Assembly: GCF_003945235.1 (NCBI RefSeq)
Contig: NZ_RSDW01000001.1
Coordinates: forward strand, 5,040,001-5,072,000
Source: Edaphobacter aggregans
Lineage (GTDB): Bacteria > Acidobacteriota > Terriglobia > Terriglobales > Acidobacteriaceae
Direction of reading: 5' to 3'
Length of the DNA: 32,000 nucleotides
This document shows positions 17,001 to 27,100 of this stretch, piece by piece; position 1 is the first letter of the stretch, and every line of letters begins with the position of its first letter. A program made the translations under genes and the position numbers. Below the pieces are notes generated by a model that had not been told where the DNA came from, made no database searches, and saw only the letters and a list, made by a program, of their open reading frames with translations.

Positions 17001-17536
17001 CGGGGAGAATGGATTCCAGAGAGAGCGTGGAATCAGTCTGACAGCACGAACCCAAGGGTATGAGCAGTGATGTATACCGTAGCCGACGTGACGCAGTCAA
17101 CACCTCGACGAGCAGTCCCATCGTTACAGCCTCATCAAATTAATGAGACGGCCTCTAGATTTTCCACAATTGCATATCAGTCCAATTTTGATCCCAGATG
17201 TGGTCTTACTGAAGTTGGACCCGCGATTTGCCCCGTTGCGCGAAAAGAGAGAGTCCAGGGCGATGTGAGTTACCTTAGTGCTAGAGGTATAGCCTTAAAG
17301 CCGCATTGTAGAAAAATGCTAAATACGAGGCGCGATGTTTGGCGAATGCGTTTCCCATCTTAATGTTGTCGATCCTGAAGACTCGGTTTCCTTGGTGCTT
17401 GGTTTAACAAATTCGAGGCGTAACCCTGATCGGAATGTTCCACCTCGAATAGCGTAGGAGCTCGGACGGCGGCTTTTCGACTCCGTGATACGAATCTCAG
17501 TTCACAACACGTTAACCGACAAGCGGTTCTCTCGTC

Positions 17537-19409
17537 TTACCTGTTGGTTGGCTGCTCCGGCCATGCATGCTTCGGATAGCGGCGCATCAGTTCTCGCGGA
17601 ACCTGCGGATAGAGGCGTTCCCAAAACCCAGCAAGGTCCGTTGTAGTTTGTACCGCGCGATGATTTGGAACCAGGAGATGGACGACAACAGGTGTGTTCT
17701 CTGGCCCTATTCGCGGAGTATCTTGCATTCCGAAGAAATCCTGGAGTCGGGATGAAATCCATGGCGGTCTACCTTGCTCGTAGTGGACCCGCGTCTGGCG
17801 CCCATGTTTGAGGCGAATACTCAGAGGAGCAACCTCATTGAGGAGTCTTGCGTTTAGCTTTTCTTCAAGGAGTGGAATGAAGTTTTTGGAAGCGCCTCTC
17901 AGATCGTCGAAGCTTTGAAGCCCCTGGCACATATCACGTAAAACCTGGGGAACGTCAGGCTGCTCGAATCCGGCAAAGGCTAATCGAGCCAGGAGCTGTT
18001 CCAGAGTTTCTTTTTCTACAAAATGGTCGATGCCCATCTCGATTGCCTTACGCGCGAGCAAGTTAGCGGCTTCACTCTCTGATGCAGCACCCCGCGACTC
18101 CTCAATGACTAGCTTTTCGTAAACCAAAGCGCTTACTTTCTCAACTCGCTCCGATATACGGTTCCAATTCACACTCGATCTTTCCTCGATACGGTCTGGA
18201 AAGAGATCAAGCAGCCACTCCGGCTCGATCCTTGCGGTCATGCGGATGAATGCGGTCTAGCAGCAATTCAGCGTTCTGAACGGCCTCTGCGGGTGGAACA
18301 TCTAACCAATCAAGTTCATCAAGATGCTCGATCTTCATTGCCCGCAGGCTGAGCAAAAGCTGGGAGAGATCGGCGCGTGCAATCTCGGGACTGTCGTGGT
18401 CTGGCCGCATTCCATAGTCTTCTTCCGGATAGAGCCGTACCACCTGGCCCGGCCCTGTGCGGCCGGCTCTTCCCGCCCGCTGGGTTGAAGACGCTTTGCT
18501 AACGCGGCCGATCTGTAGCGTCGGTATTCCGCTCCACGGAGAATAGGTAGCGATCCGCGCCAGTCCACTGTCAATAACCGCTGTCACACCTTCGACGGTC
18601 ACCGAGCTTTCAGCAACATTCGTTGCAAGAATTAGCTTTCTTTCCGCAGTCGGCAGCATAGCGCGGTCCTGTTCTGCGGGCGAAAGATCTCCATGCAGAG
18701 AAAGGGCGAGCATTCCCGTTTGTCGAGCGATCGTCTCGCACTCGCGCATCGTCCGCCGGATCTCGGCAACCCCAGGAAGGAAAGTCAGGATGTTGCCGGA
18801 GTGCTGCTCGGCATTCAGCAGTTCCACGGCCTTCCTCACTTGAACTTGGAGAGGTTCCGGAGAGTAAGGCGTATGACTGATCGACAATCCGAACAATCTT
18901 CCCTCGGAACGAAGGACAGGGCAGTCTCCAAGGTATCGAGCTATCGGCGCCGCATTCAGCGTGGCCGACATCACGACGATACGTATCTCTGGCCGAGTGC
19001 GTTGAAGGCGCTTCAAGAGAGCCAGCGCAAGATCGCTGTCCAGATTTCGTTCGTGGAATTCGTCGAGAATAACCGCGTCGATACCCATGAGCATCGGATC
19101 GGTCAGTAGCCGGCGGGTCATAATGCCCTCCGTTACAAACCGTAGCTGGGTGCGGGGTCCGATCCTCTCCTCGAATCGGACCTGATAACCAACCGTTCCG
19201 CCAACCTCTTCGCCGATCTCCCAAGCAACTCTTCGTGCCGCCATGCGCGTAGCGATCCTGCGAGGCTCGAGCACGATGACCTCGCCGTTGACGAGACCGA
19301 GAATCGCTGGAGGAACGCGGGTGGTCTTCCCAGCGCCCGGCGGTGCTTCGATAACAAGGTTGGGGGTATGCCGCAGGGACGCAAGAATCTCTGGCAGGAT
19401 CGCATCCAC
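17537..19409 (-). pseudogene. hrpB: ATP-dependent RNA helicase HrpB (DEAH-box), split into two ORFs with the middle missing
   Basis: ORF 18207-19409 carries APPGAGKTT, DEFHER, SAT, TNVAESSVTVEG and QRAGRAGR. ORF 17537-18241 carries the HrpB C-terminal domain (LQDFFGMQDTPRIG ... VHLLVPNHRAVQTTTDLAGFWERLYPQVPRELMRRYPKHAWPEQP). The two frames differ and the HA2/OB region is absent. Confidence 0.85.
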
Positions 19410-19431
19410 TGGAAGTGCAGGCTATCGACTC

Positions 19432-19451
19432 ACTGTGTTGATCGGAACACA
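19432..19451. other. Hairpin between the 97-aa ORF and hrpB: 7-bp arms ctgtgtt/aacacag, 6-nt loop
   Basis: The inverted repeat is read directly from the sequence. No U-tract follows. Confidence 0.3.
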
Positions 19452-19501
19452 GCATTTCCCGTGCCGTCAATGCGACTTATAATCAGCCACCAATCAAAAA
19501 T

Positions 19502-19795
19502 CTACTTAGGCACTTCGTCATCGCTAAGAACGTACCACGGCACATCCTTTGTTTGAAAAAGTTCAGGGCAACGTGAAGTCAAGTGCGATAGAACAATCTT
19601 CGCGATTCGCACACTGTGCTCGACTTCCTTATCCCAATCCGTATGCGAGACTCCGTCGCTTTGCGTGGGCGGCCATCGCGCAGTGCGAATGGCAAGCACG
19701 AGACTTGAGGCGATGCGGAGAGCCGGACCGAGCTTTTGGTGATCCACCTCTCGCCTATATCCGCCAATCCGGGCATTCGGATTAGTGGAAGTCAT
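19502..19795 (-). CDS. Hypothetical 97-aa protein, translationally coupled to the upstream dnaE2-derived ORF
   Basis: ATGA start/stop overlap at 19792-19795. I recognise no motif. Confidence 0.45.
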   Translation of the reverse strand: MTSTNPNARIGGYRREVDHQKLGPALRIASSLVLAIRTARWPPTQSDGVSHTDWDKEVEHSVRIAKIVLSHLTSRCPELFQTKDVPWYVLSDDEVPK

Positions 19796-21906
19796 GCGAA
19801 TTGAACCTCCAGACCTGGGTGTGAAAGAGCTCGCAGCCGAGTAGCCTTCACATGGATTACGCCATCCTGATTCTGCAATGGACCTTCTGCGAGGATGAAC
19901 TTACTTCGGGTGACGACCTGTCGCGCCCGCTCATATAGATTGGGCGTCACGATCACATTCGCGATGCCGGTCTCGTCTTCCATCGAGAGAAAGATGAATC
20001 CCTTTGCTGTGCCAGGCCGCTGGCGGGCAATGACGCAGCCAGCAGTCCGCACATAGTCTCCATCCCGCTTATGCCGCAATTCCTCCGCAGAAAGAATCCT
20101 CTCTCTCCTAAGCTGTAAACGGCGATATGCCATCGGATGCTGGCCGATGGTCAAACCTGTTCCCGCATAATCTGCGACCAGACGTTCATCGGTATTCATC
20201 TGCTCGAGCGGCGAGTTCTTGGAATCTTCCTTTAGCAGTTCCTCACGGTATCGCAGAAGTGGGCCTTCCAGCTTGCCCGCGCGCTCAACTTGCCAGAGAG
20301 CATCCCGACGATGCTCAATTCCCCCAAGACTATTGAGCGCCCCGATGCGAGCCAACAGAGTCAGTTCTTTCCGATTGAGCGATGGAATTCGTGAGGTGAG
20401 GTCTTCCGCCGACCGGAAAGGCCCATGATCGAGACGTGACCTGGCAATCGTTTCGGCAGCCTGCTTGCGCAGTCCTTTGGCGTATCCGAGCCCCAGCCGC
20501 ATCGAAAGGCTTCCGTCATCCTCATACTCCAGTGTGCAGGCCCATTCAGAGATCTGAATATCCATTGGTTTTATCCGCAGACCATGTCGCTGGGCGTCCT
20601 TCACCAGAACCGCAGGCATGTAAAAACCCATGGGCTGGTTGTTGAGAATGGCGCAGGTAAAAGCTGCCAAGTACCTCACTTTGAAGTAGGCCGAGGCATA
20701 GGCGATCAATGCGAAACTCGCCGCATGAGATTCAGGAAAGCCATAGAGCGCGAAGGAACTGATGTTCTGGATGATGGTTTCCTGGGTGGTGGCATCGATA
20801 CGGTTGGCCGTCATCCCTTCGCGAAGCTTTCCTTCTAGCTTCTTCATGCGTTCCCAGGAACGTCGCATACCAACTGCCCGGCGAAGCTCCTCCGCCTCAG
20901 CCCCGGAGAAGTTGGCTACCGTCATCGCCATGCGTAACAGTTGTTCCTGAAAAAACGGTACGCCCAGTGTGCGTTTCAGGACGGGCTCAAGCGACGGATG
21001 CGGATAACTAATCTCCTCTTTTCGCTGCCTGCGACGCATGTACGGGTGCATCATCTTGCCCACGATGGGGCCGGGCCGGATAATCGCCACCTGAACTACT
21101 ACGTCATAAAACTTTTCCGGCTTGTTGCGAGGGAGGGAAGCCATCTGGGCACGGCTTTCGACCTGGAACATGCCCACCGTGTCAGCACGCTGCAACGTAC
21201 GGTAAACCTCGGTGTCCTCCGGTAACTGTGCCAGATCAACCTTGTCCCCATAGTGTTTGGGGATCAGTTCCAGACAATCTTTGAGCACGGCCATACCGTC
21301 GTCGAGGTAGGCCATAGCCCGTTCCATCGTATCGATGTATGTCGTCTGCTGATGATCTTTGGCCAACATGTCTTCGATCATGCCCTGAACGGCGGCGCGC
21401 ACTTCGTCGAGTGTCACGCTTCGTTGCATCGGCTGGCCTTGGCCAATCAAATCCAATGTCCACTTGCCAGCTATCTGCGCGATCTGAGCTTCGTTGTTGA
21501 GCAATGCGTGGCTCGACTCAATCGCAATATCTACCTGTTGTTTGGTCGCTTGCCGTCGGGCTTGGGAGCGGTTGAAAAGAAGCGAGACGTACCGTGTGAG
21601 CTGACGTATATGCGACCGTGACATGACAAACGTGCGATACCCCAACTGATCGAGGAACGTGTGGACAGGATTCTCGAATTCCCGATTCAACCGATCTTCA
21701 AGCCGTGCTTCGCGTTCAGAGTTGGCTGGGTCCGCAAAATGTTCGCTTATGCGGGTTGCCGTTCGCGGCGAGGCCCGCCCTGATGGTGGACGATCCTTGG
21801 CATACCGCCACAGGCGGCGAGACCGCGTAACCGGGTCATCGTAGGCGAATTGGTCGAGAAGCTTGCGCGGGACAGTATGGGATTCCATCGATGACCGTGA
21901 GCACAC
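19792..21906 (-). CDS. dnaE2: Chimeric ORF: DUF4238-like N-terminus (about 200 aa) fused in frame to the C-terminal ~500 aa of error-prone DNA polymerase DnaE2
   Basis: N-terminus HTVPRKLLDQFAYDD...RLWRY is a DUF4238-type start. From about residue 205 it reads GMAVLKDCLELI...LPEDTEVYRTLQRADTVGMFQVESRAQMASLPRNKPEKFYDVVVQVAIIRPGPI...LGVPFFQEQ...FPESHAASFALIAYASAYFK. It ends with the OB fold, VRTAGCVIARQRPGTAKGFIFLSMEDETGIANVIV. The PHP domain and N-terminal palm are absent. Confidence 0.8.
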   Translation of the reverse strand: MCSRSSMESHTVPRKLLDQFAYDDPVTRSRRLWRYAKDRPPSGRASPRTATRISEHFADPANSEREARLEDRLNREFENPVHTFLDQLGYRTFVMSRSHIRQLTRYVSLLFNRSQARRQATKQQVDIAIESSHALLNNEAQIAQIAGKWTLDLIGQGQPMQRSVTLDEVRAAVQGMIEDMLAKDHQQTTYIDTMERAMAYLDDGMAVLKDCLELIPKHYGDKVDLAQLPEDTEVYRTLQRADTVGMFQVESRAQMASLPRNKPEKFYDVVVQVAIIRPGPIVGKMMHPYMRRRQRKEEISYPHPSLEPVLKRTLGVPFFQEQLLRMAMTVANFSGAEAEELRRAVGMRRSWERMKKLEGKLREGMTANRIDATTQETIIQNISSFALYGFPESHAASFALIAYASAYFKVRYLAAFTCAILNNQPMGFYMPAVLVKDAQRHGLRIKPMDIQISEWACTLEYEDDGSLSMRLGLGYAKGLRKQAAETIARSRLDHGPFRSAEDLTSRIPSLNRKELTLLARIGALNSLGGIEHRRDALWQVERAGKLEGPLLRYREELLKEDSKNSPLEQMNTDERLVADYAGTGLTIGQHPMAYRRLQLRRERILSAEELRHKRDGDYVRTAGCVIARQRPGTAKGFIFLSMEDETGIANVIVTPNLYERARQVVTRSKFILAEGPLQNQDGVIHVKATRLRALSHPGLEVQFA

Positions 21907-21925
21907 GTAGGCTTATTATCTATCC

Positions 21926-22750
21926 ATGCACGACGACGCATTGAACGAGCAATTGAAGCTTGCAACAATCGAAAAGATTGCCAGTTACACCGTCGGGATA
22001 GCGGTTGAGAAGAATACCGGCGCCGGTACTGGAACTTTCATCACCGATGGCGTCGACAGATACGTCCTGACAGCGGCCCATAATATTCAGGATGTAGATA
22101 TCAAGGGTGTGCGATTCTGGCTCAGTCCGAATAAGGGGATCATCGAGAAAGCTGCGCAAGACACGACGACCAAAGAGGTCGGAAGGCTTACGGTCGGAGT
22201 TTCACTGCCTATCGTCGAAACGCGGATCGACCCGAAAAGAGATATAGCTGTTTTGCGCATCGATAACTCCTTCGTTCTGCCAGAAGGTCCGGAGGTCTAC
22301 CACCTCGGCAGATCGTTTGAGTTCTCCCATTGGCCGGAGGAGCAACTGGACGGAATTTCAACCCTCATGTTTGGCTTTCCTGTGGCTAATTCGCGACCTT
22401 TGCACACTGTCGGAAACAATACATTTTGCTTCCTTGGCGCTGCGAACATGCTGTCTCGATACTCGATCCGGATCAATGCCGACAAATTTAAGGGCCTGTC
22501 AAACTCTGTATCGCCAGACACGGACTTTTTGCTCGAATACACTGGCGAGGACATCGATCCCCACGGATTCAGTGGCTGCGGAGTGTGGATACCGACAGAT
22601 ACCCAAGGGAGAAGAGTCTGGACCTCTGACCCTGTCTTGATTGGTGTGAGTAATCAATATTTCCGAAGGTCAAACCTCATATCGGCAACAAAACTTCCAG
22701 CCATCGTTACGATAACGCCGCCAGACGGAGATAAGAATGGAACGGATTGA
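21926..22750 (+). CDS. Trypsin-like (S1/chymotrypsin-fold) serine protease without signal peptide
   Basis: Catalytic triad contexts are LTAAHNI (His), RDIAVLRID (Asp) and HGFSGCGVW (Ser). There is no hydrophobic leader. Confidence 0.75.
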   Translation: MHDDALNEQLKLATIEKIASYTVGIAVEKNTGAGTGTFITDGVDRYVLTAAHNIQDVDIKGVRFWLSPNKGIIEKAAQDTTTKEVGRLTVGVSLPIVETRIDPKRDIAVLRIDNSFVLPEGPEVYHLGRSFEFSHWPEEQLDGISTLMFGFPVANSRPLHTVGNNTFCFLGAANMLSRYSIRINADKFKGLSNSVSPDTDFLLEYTGEDIDPHGFSGCGVWIPTDTQGRRVWTSDPVLIGVSNQYFRRSNLISATKLPAIVTITPPDGDKNGTD

Positions 22751-22922
22751 GTTTCTGCTTGCTGTTATTGCCGTCCTGCTTTTCGTGCTCGTGATTCAGG
22801 TTTCTGGGATTGCGAAGCGCAGGCGTGAACGCTTTCCGACAACAAAGGAACAGGATTACGACTGGTCCCAGAATGATCCGGCTGGGCATTGGGAAGCGCA
22901 TAAGGATGACAAGAAGAAGTAG
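22737..22922 (+). CDS. Small single-pass membrane protein (61 aa)
   Basis: TM segment FLLAVIAVLLFVLVIQVSGIA followed by a charged tail. The ORF overlaps the protease 3' end by 14 nt. Confidence 0.4.
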   Translation: MERIEFLLAVIAVLLFVLVIQVSGIAKRRRERFPTTKEQDYDWSQNDPAGHWEAHKDDKKK

Positions 22923-22961
22923 CCAACAACAGACACTGGCCGCACCTGAGACGACGATATT

Positions 22962-23825
22962 TCAGGGCGTTCGGTCCGGTCCGCACCCGCCAGCCTTGGG
23001 CTTCATTGAGCCAGCGGGTCCAATGTTGGGATCACGCATACCTGGTCCGCAGACGATTCCCCAAATGATGCATCCCCGACCAAACTGCGCTGCGAAGACG
23101 AAGAAGTCCTCAGCGTCTTTATAGCCGGACATATACCTAAATCGATCACCGTATGCTTTGATATTCGGTCGTGCCCCAATTGTCACGTTGGGCAGCAGGT
23201 TCTGGAAGTATTCGGTGAGCGCGCCAGTGTGATCGAGTTGCGGCTGATAAATACCGGCTACAAACCGATGCGCTGGGGTCATAATTTTGCCCACTTCGCG
23301 GAGATAGAGCGCATGGGTGAGCTTTCCCTCCATAAATTTGGCAGCCTCCTGCATTTCTGGAGTTGTTTTCGCCGAATACGCCACGGGCTGAGACGTGTAG
23401 ATATGGCCGCTGCGATGGATGCCTTTGGCTGCGTCGAAATCGGGCATCGCGCTGGGGTAATTCCGCTTTACTGCGTTGATCAGTCCGTCGAGCCTTACCC
23501 GGTCGGGTCCGTTCCCGAACTTCTGATCATCGAAGTCGGAGAGAATGGAGTACAGCGCAAAGATTTGATCGTGCTTTCTTGCCCCTTGATTACACGAAAA
23601 ACACGCCGGGAACTCGAATTCTTCTGGGTAGTATGCCTTTGGAAAGCAAGCCTCTGGCGGCACATGGTCTATTGTCGTGGCGGGATTGAGGCCACCACAG
23701 AAGTAGCAAAATGGGTACTTATTTAGAAGGTCATTCCGTCGTTCTCGCCGCCGCTTCTTTGCTTGCTGAACTTGCCCCATATCCGTTCCACTTTCCGCGT
23801 GCGTGTTCAATTTTCCCACGAGCAT
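22962..23825 (-). CDS. HNH-motif nuclease-like protein with an uncharacterised C-terminal domain
   Basis: CYFCGG...TIDHVPPEAC...CFSCNQGARKHD gives CxxC ... DH ... CxxCN, a treble-clef HNH. An alternative start is Met16 at 23780. Confidence 0.65.
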   Translation of the reverse strand: MLVGKLNTHAESGTDMGQVQQAKKRRRERRNDLLNKYPFCYFCGGLNPATTIDHVPPEACFPKAYYPEEFEFPACFSCNQGARKHDQIFALYSILSDFDDQKFGNGPDRVRLDGLINAVKRNYPSAMPDFDAAKGIHRSGHIYTSQPVAYSAKTTPEMQEAAKFMEGKLTHALYLREVGKIMTPAHRFVAGIYQPQLDHTGALTEYFQNLLPNVTIGARPNIKAYGDRFRYMSGYKDAEDFFVFAAQFGRGCIIWGIVCGPGMRDPNIGPAGSMKPKAGGCGPDRTP

Positions 23826-23828
23826 AAG

Positions 23829-23987
23829 GACGAAGACGTCCTAAAGCGTTGCTCATTCGCAAAACATTGCTCGGATAAGGCACTGGAAACACTAAAGAAG
23901 ATCGGCTCGTAAACGCTTATCGTGTGGGAATGTGAGAGCAGGGAAACTTCATTGCTGCTGGAGCGCCCGAAGTTATTCACTTGTTAA
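23829..23987 (+). pseudogene. vsr: 3' remnant of a Vsr/DUF559-type very-short-patch-repair endonuclease gene
   Basis: A 53-codon frame reads ...KALETLKKIGS-TAA(23910-23912)-TLIVWECESRETSLLLE..., which resembles the Vsr C-terminus (GW.vl.vWECE). Only a fragment with an internal stop remains. Confidence 0.35.
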
Positions 23988-24176
23988 GTGCGACGTTACG
24001 GAATTAGTCGCCTGGACTGTTTCAGGAAGGATGAGGATGAAATCGTCGGAAGGACTACGGTCGAACTCTTCGTTTCCCCTAATTTGACCGAGCGCTGAAG
24101 CCTTGGCAAAAAAGACTTGTGAGTGGCTCCTAACCCGAAGGCGGCTATCGCAGTATCTTTCAGTCTTCTTTTTTTA

Positions 24177-27100
24177 TCAAACAGCCAGAACCACAGGCTG
24201 GTACTTGTCCTGCCTGTTATGAAACGCTGGCATTGTGCCTTCAAGAATATTAACGATTGCCTGATTGATTTTAGGGTTTTCGATCGCTCCCGACATGTAG
24301 TTCATGGTGTACTTGTTCGTTTTGTCGAGATCAGCGCAGATAATTTGTTCGGCATCGCAGACAACAGCCAAGTTCGGGTTGTGTGTGACCATGAAAACCT
24401 GTCTCCGCCGCTTTGCCTCTTTCATACACGGCACGAGCAATTCGAATACAGTTTGATTATCCAAATTCTCTTCCGGCTGGTCGATCAGCAGAGGAATATC
24501 GTCTTTGTCGACCAAAAGGTAAAAAACGAGGAGAAGAGTTCCTCGTTCACCAGGCGACAGCTCGGAAAGCTCTTTGGCTCCCATTCGCAATGCGTACCGG
24601 GGTCTTATATATTCCATGCCGTAGATAAAGTCGTAAAGGGCCATCACGGTTTTTCCCTTTCGGAGCTGGTCGGTTACCTTCACGCCTTTCCCGTCGGGAC
24701 GTAAATCCGTTTGTAGCGAAGCTATGATTTCGTTTAAGAAAGCTTCCGCACCCGTTTCGGAGTCGAAGTCCTGTCGGACCAGCAGTGTCTTCAGGAACTT
24801 ATTCCCCTGTTCAACGCCGCAGTAAGTACCCGCAGCGCCCTGAGAAATCAGTTCGAAGAATTCGTCGAGAAATCCTGCATCTACAAGCCTACCTCAAAAT
24901 TGAGCTGGAACTTCTCTTTGGCCAGAGGGCGGGTCTCAATAAACTGGTTCACTGGCGCGTACAGCTCCCGATAGGTGTCGGCCAGCTCTCTGATAACACC
25001 GTGGATTTCTTTTGCCTTCGCCATGCGCAGTTCTCGAACATTTTGCAGCTGAATCGGTATTGCATCGAGTTCGCTCAGCTTGGCCTTGAAATATTCCACC
25101 GTATCGAGCGTTGTCGTGTTTCCCAGGATCGCCAGCCGCTGGTTGTCCCAATTTTTCAGAGCAGTTTCGTAGGCGTGATAGCGTTGGTTAGGCTCATCAA
25201 GATCATTCTCCAGCTTCTTGATCGATCGCTCGATTTCTGCCTTCCTCTGTGGAAGGCTCCCCGGGAGGGAAGGGTCTAGGCTAGCGGCGATCAGCTGCTG
25301 TTCGATAACGAGCGCAGCCCGTTTCTGTGCAATTGGAGTTTTGTCGATTGTTACGCTTAGAGCGCCGTCGAGGGTCAGACCGAGACTGTCGAAGTCATCT
25401 TGGCTTTCCGAGATGAATGTCTGAATCTGGCGGCTCAGATTGTTTACTCGGGCGGTGAGACGATCCGCAGTTGCGATGAGTTGCACGAACGCTGCCTTTT
25501 GCTGAGTTGCCGCTAGGATATTAGCCTCTTCTGACCTGAGGGATGCCTTGGCCGCATCAATCTTGTCCGATGTTTGAGAGATCTCGGCCTGTCGCGCAGG
25601 ATCGTTGTCAGGCCTACTGACAACCTCAGGTTTAGCGGCATCATGCGCAGTCAGCTCTTTGTTCTTATTTTCAAGAAGGTTGTCGATTCGCTTTCGATAA
25701 GTAGGCTCCGACTTTTCCTCAAGTGCGATGATGCGTTCATTAAGGCGGTGGAGTTCCTGCTTCAGAAGCTCGCTTTTTTGAGTCGCCTCTGTAGCCTTAT
25801 ACGCGATTAGCTGATCAAGAGAGGCCTGCCCTAACCGATACGCGTCTTCGACGTGTGAAAAGATTACCTTTTTCAGCTCTCTGTCGAATTCTGACTCTTC
25901 AATCCTGCCAAGCTGCGTGCAGATCTTCTCCAGGAAATTCTGAGGTATGTATTTCACCAGCTCTGGCTGATTTTCGTCCACCGCCTCCTCGAGACCTTTG
26001 CTCATCGGCGTTCCACTCTCCAGGCGCAAGGTCGCTTCGAAGTGTTTTGCTTTGTTGTCGCGCAGCTGTCGAAAGTTCTCTGGCGACAGAAACGTGAAGT
26101 CTTTGTTCTGGCGGGTATTGCAAAGTAATCCAATAATGTCAGTGAGGGCGCTCTTGCCCTTACCTTTGTTCCCGATGATTGCGACCAAGCCGGGATTCAA
26201 TGGCAGTGTGTTGTTGAACCACACCTCGCCTATGGTAGCTGTCGGTTTGCGCTTGATCTCTATGGAACTGATGTATTTAGTGGGATTGTTCTGCACACGC
26301 GCCACCTGCGGAGGCATATCACCCACATAGATCCGCTCGTCCGGTTCAATGAGCAACTGCAGCAATCCTGCAAATGTGGTGTCCGATTTCACCCATGTGA
26401 AGCAATTGCCTAACCGATCCTTGTGCGACGACCCGCGAAAGGCGTGAGCGTCGCTGCAATCCAACAGCCGGTCATTGACACCCGCTTTGGTCAGAGATTG
26501 CTTTGCGTTGTCATAATGCTGCGCCGTGGCCGATGCCGTGAAGACAAAGTTCGTCGCGTTGATAATTGTCTTCTTGTCCGCTATCGTGTGATCGTTCCAC
26601 TTGATGTCAGCCCATTCAGTCTTCCCAATGGCGGTTGCATATCGGCTCTTGAAATAGTGTGAATCCAGCGCTTCGCTGATCGAGTCCAGGTTGAGACAAA
26701 GATTATTGAAGCCCTCCATGAGAGGGATCCCAAATTTCTTCTGCTCCTCTTCCGGAACCGTGTTGATGATCCGCTGCCCCAGATCAGCCAGGCTGTCTCT
26801 GGTCGGAAGCGCTTTCCACTGACCTGTAGTGCGTAGATTGTCGTACTGGGGGGTGAGGGTGTATTTGCTGGACAGTGCGTTCAGAAATTGTTGCTCAATG
26901 AGATCAGGACCGATCTCATCAGAAAAAATGACATGGTAGTTGACCCGACTCAGATGGCCCTGGCTCCCGCCGAATTTGTCCAATCGGAACTCGATGACTG
27001 GAAGAAAGAGATCTATATTCGTGAGCTTCCCCGCCGCCTTTTCCGCCAGGACGCGCTTGTAGCCGTCCAAAAACATGTAGTCATTAATTCCAATAACCTT

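Noticed and set aside
17411-17450. Inverted repeat aattcgagg ... cctcgaat downstream of hrpB as a terminator
   Set aside because: It has a 23-nt loop and no U-tract, and it lies about 90 nt from the stop. This is not convincing.
18610-19470. 286-aa minus-strand ORF, plus several 60-140-aa ORFs, inside the hrpB region
   Set aside because: These are alternative frames of a gene whose helicase motifs I-VI are all in the other frame. The sequences are Arg/Ser/Gly-rich and lack motifs.
23827-23842. Hairpin aggacg-aaga-cgtcct abutting the HNH start codon
   Set aside because: It has only a 6-bp stem and lies inside the vsr-remnant frame. The functional start of the HNH gene may be Met16. The evidence is too weak to call a regulatory element.
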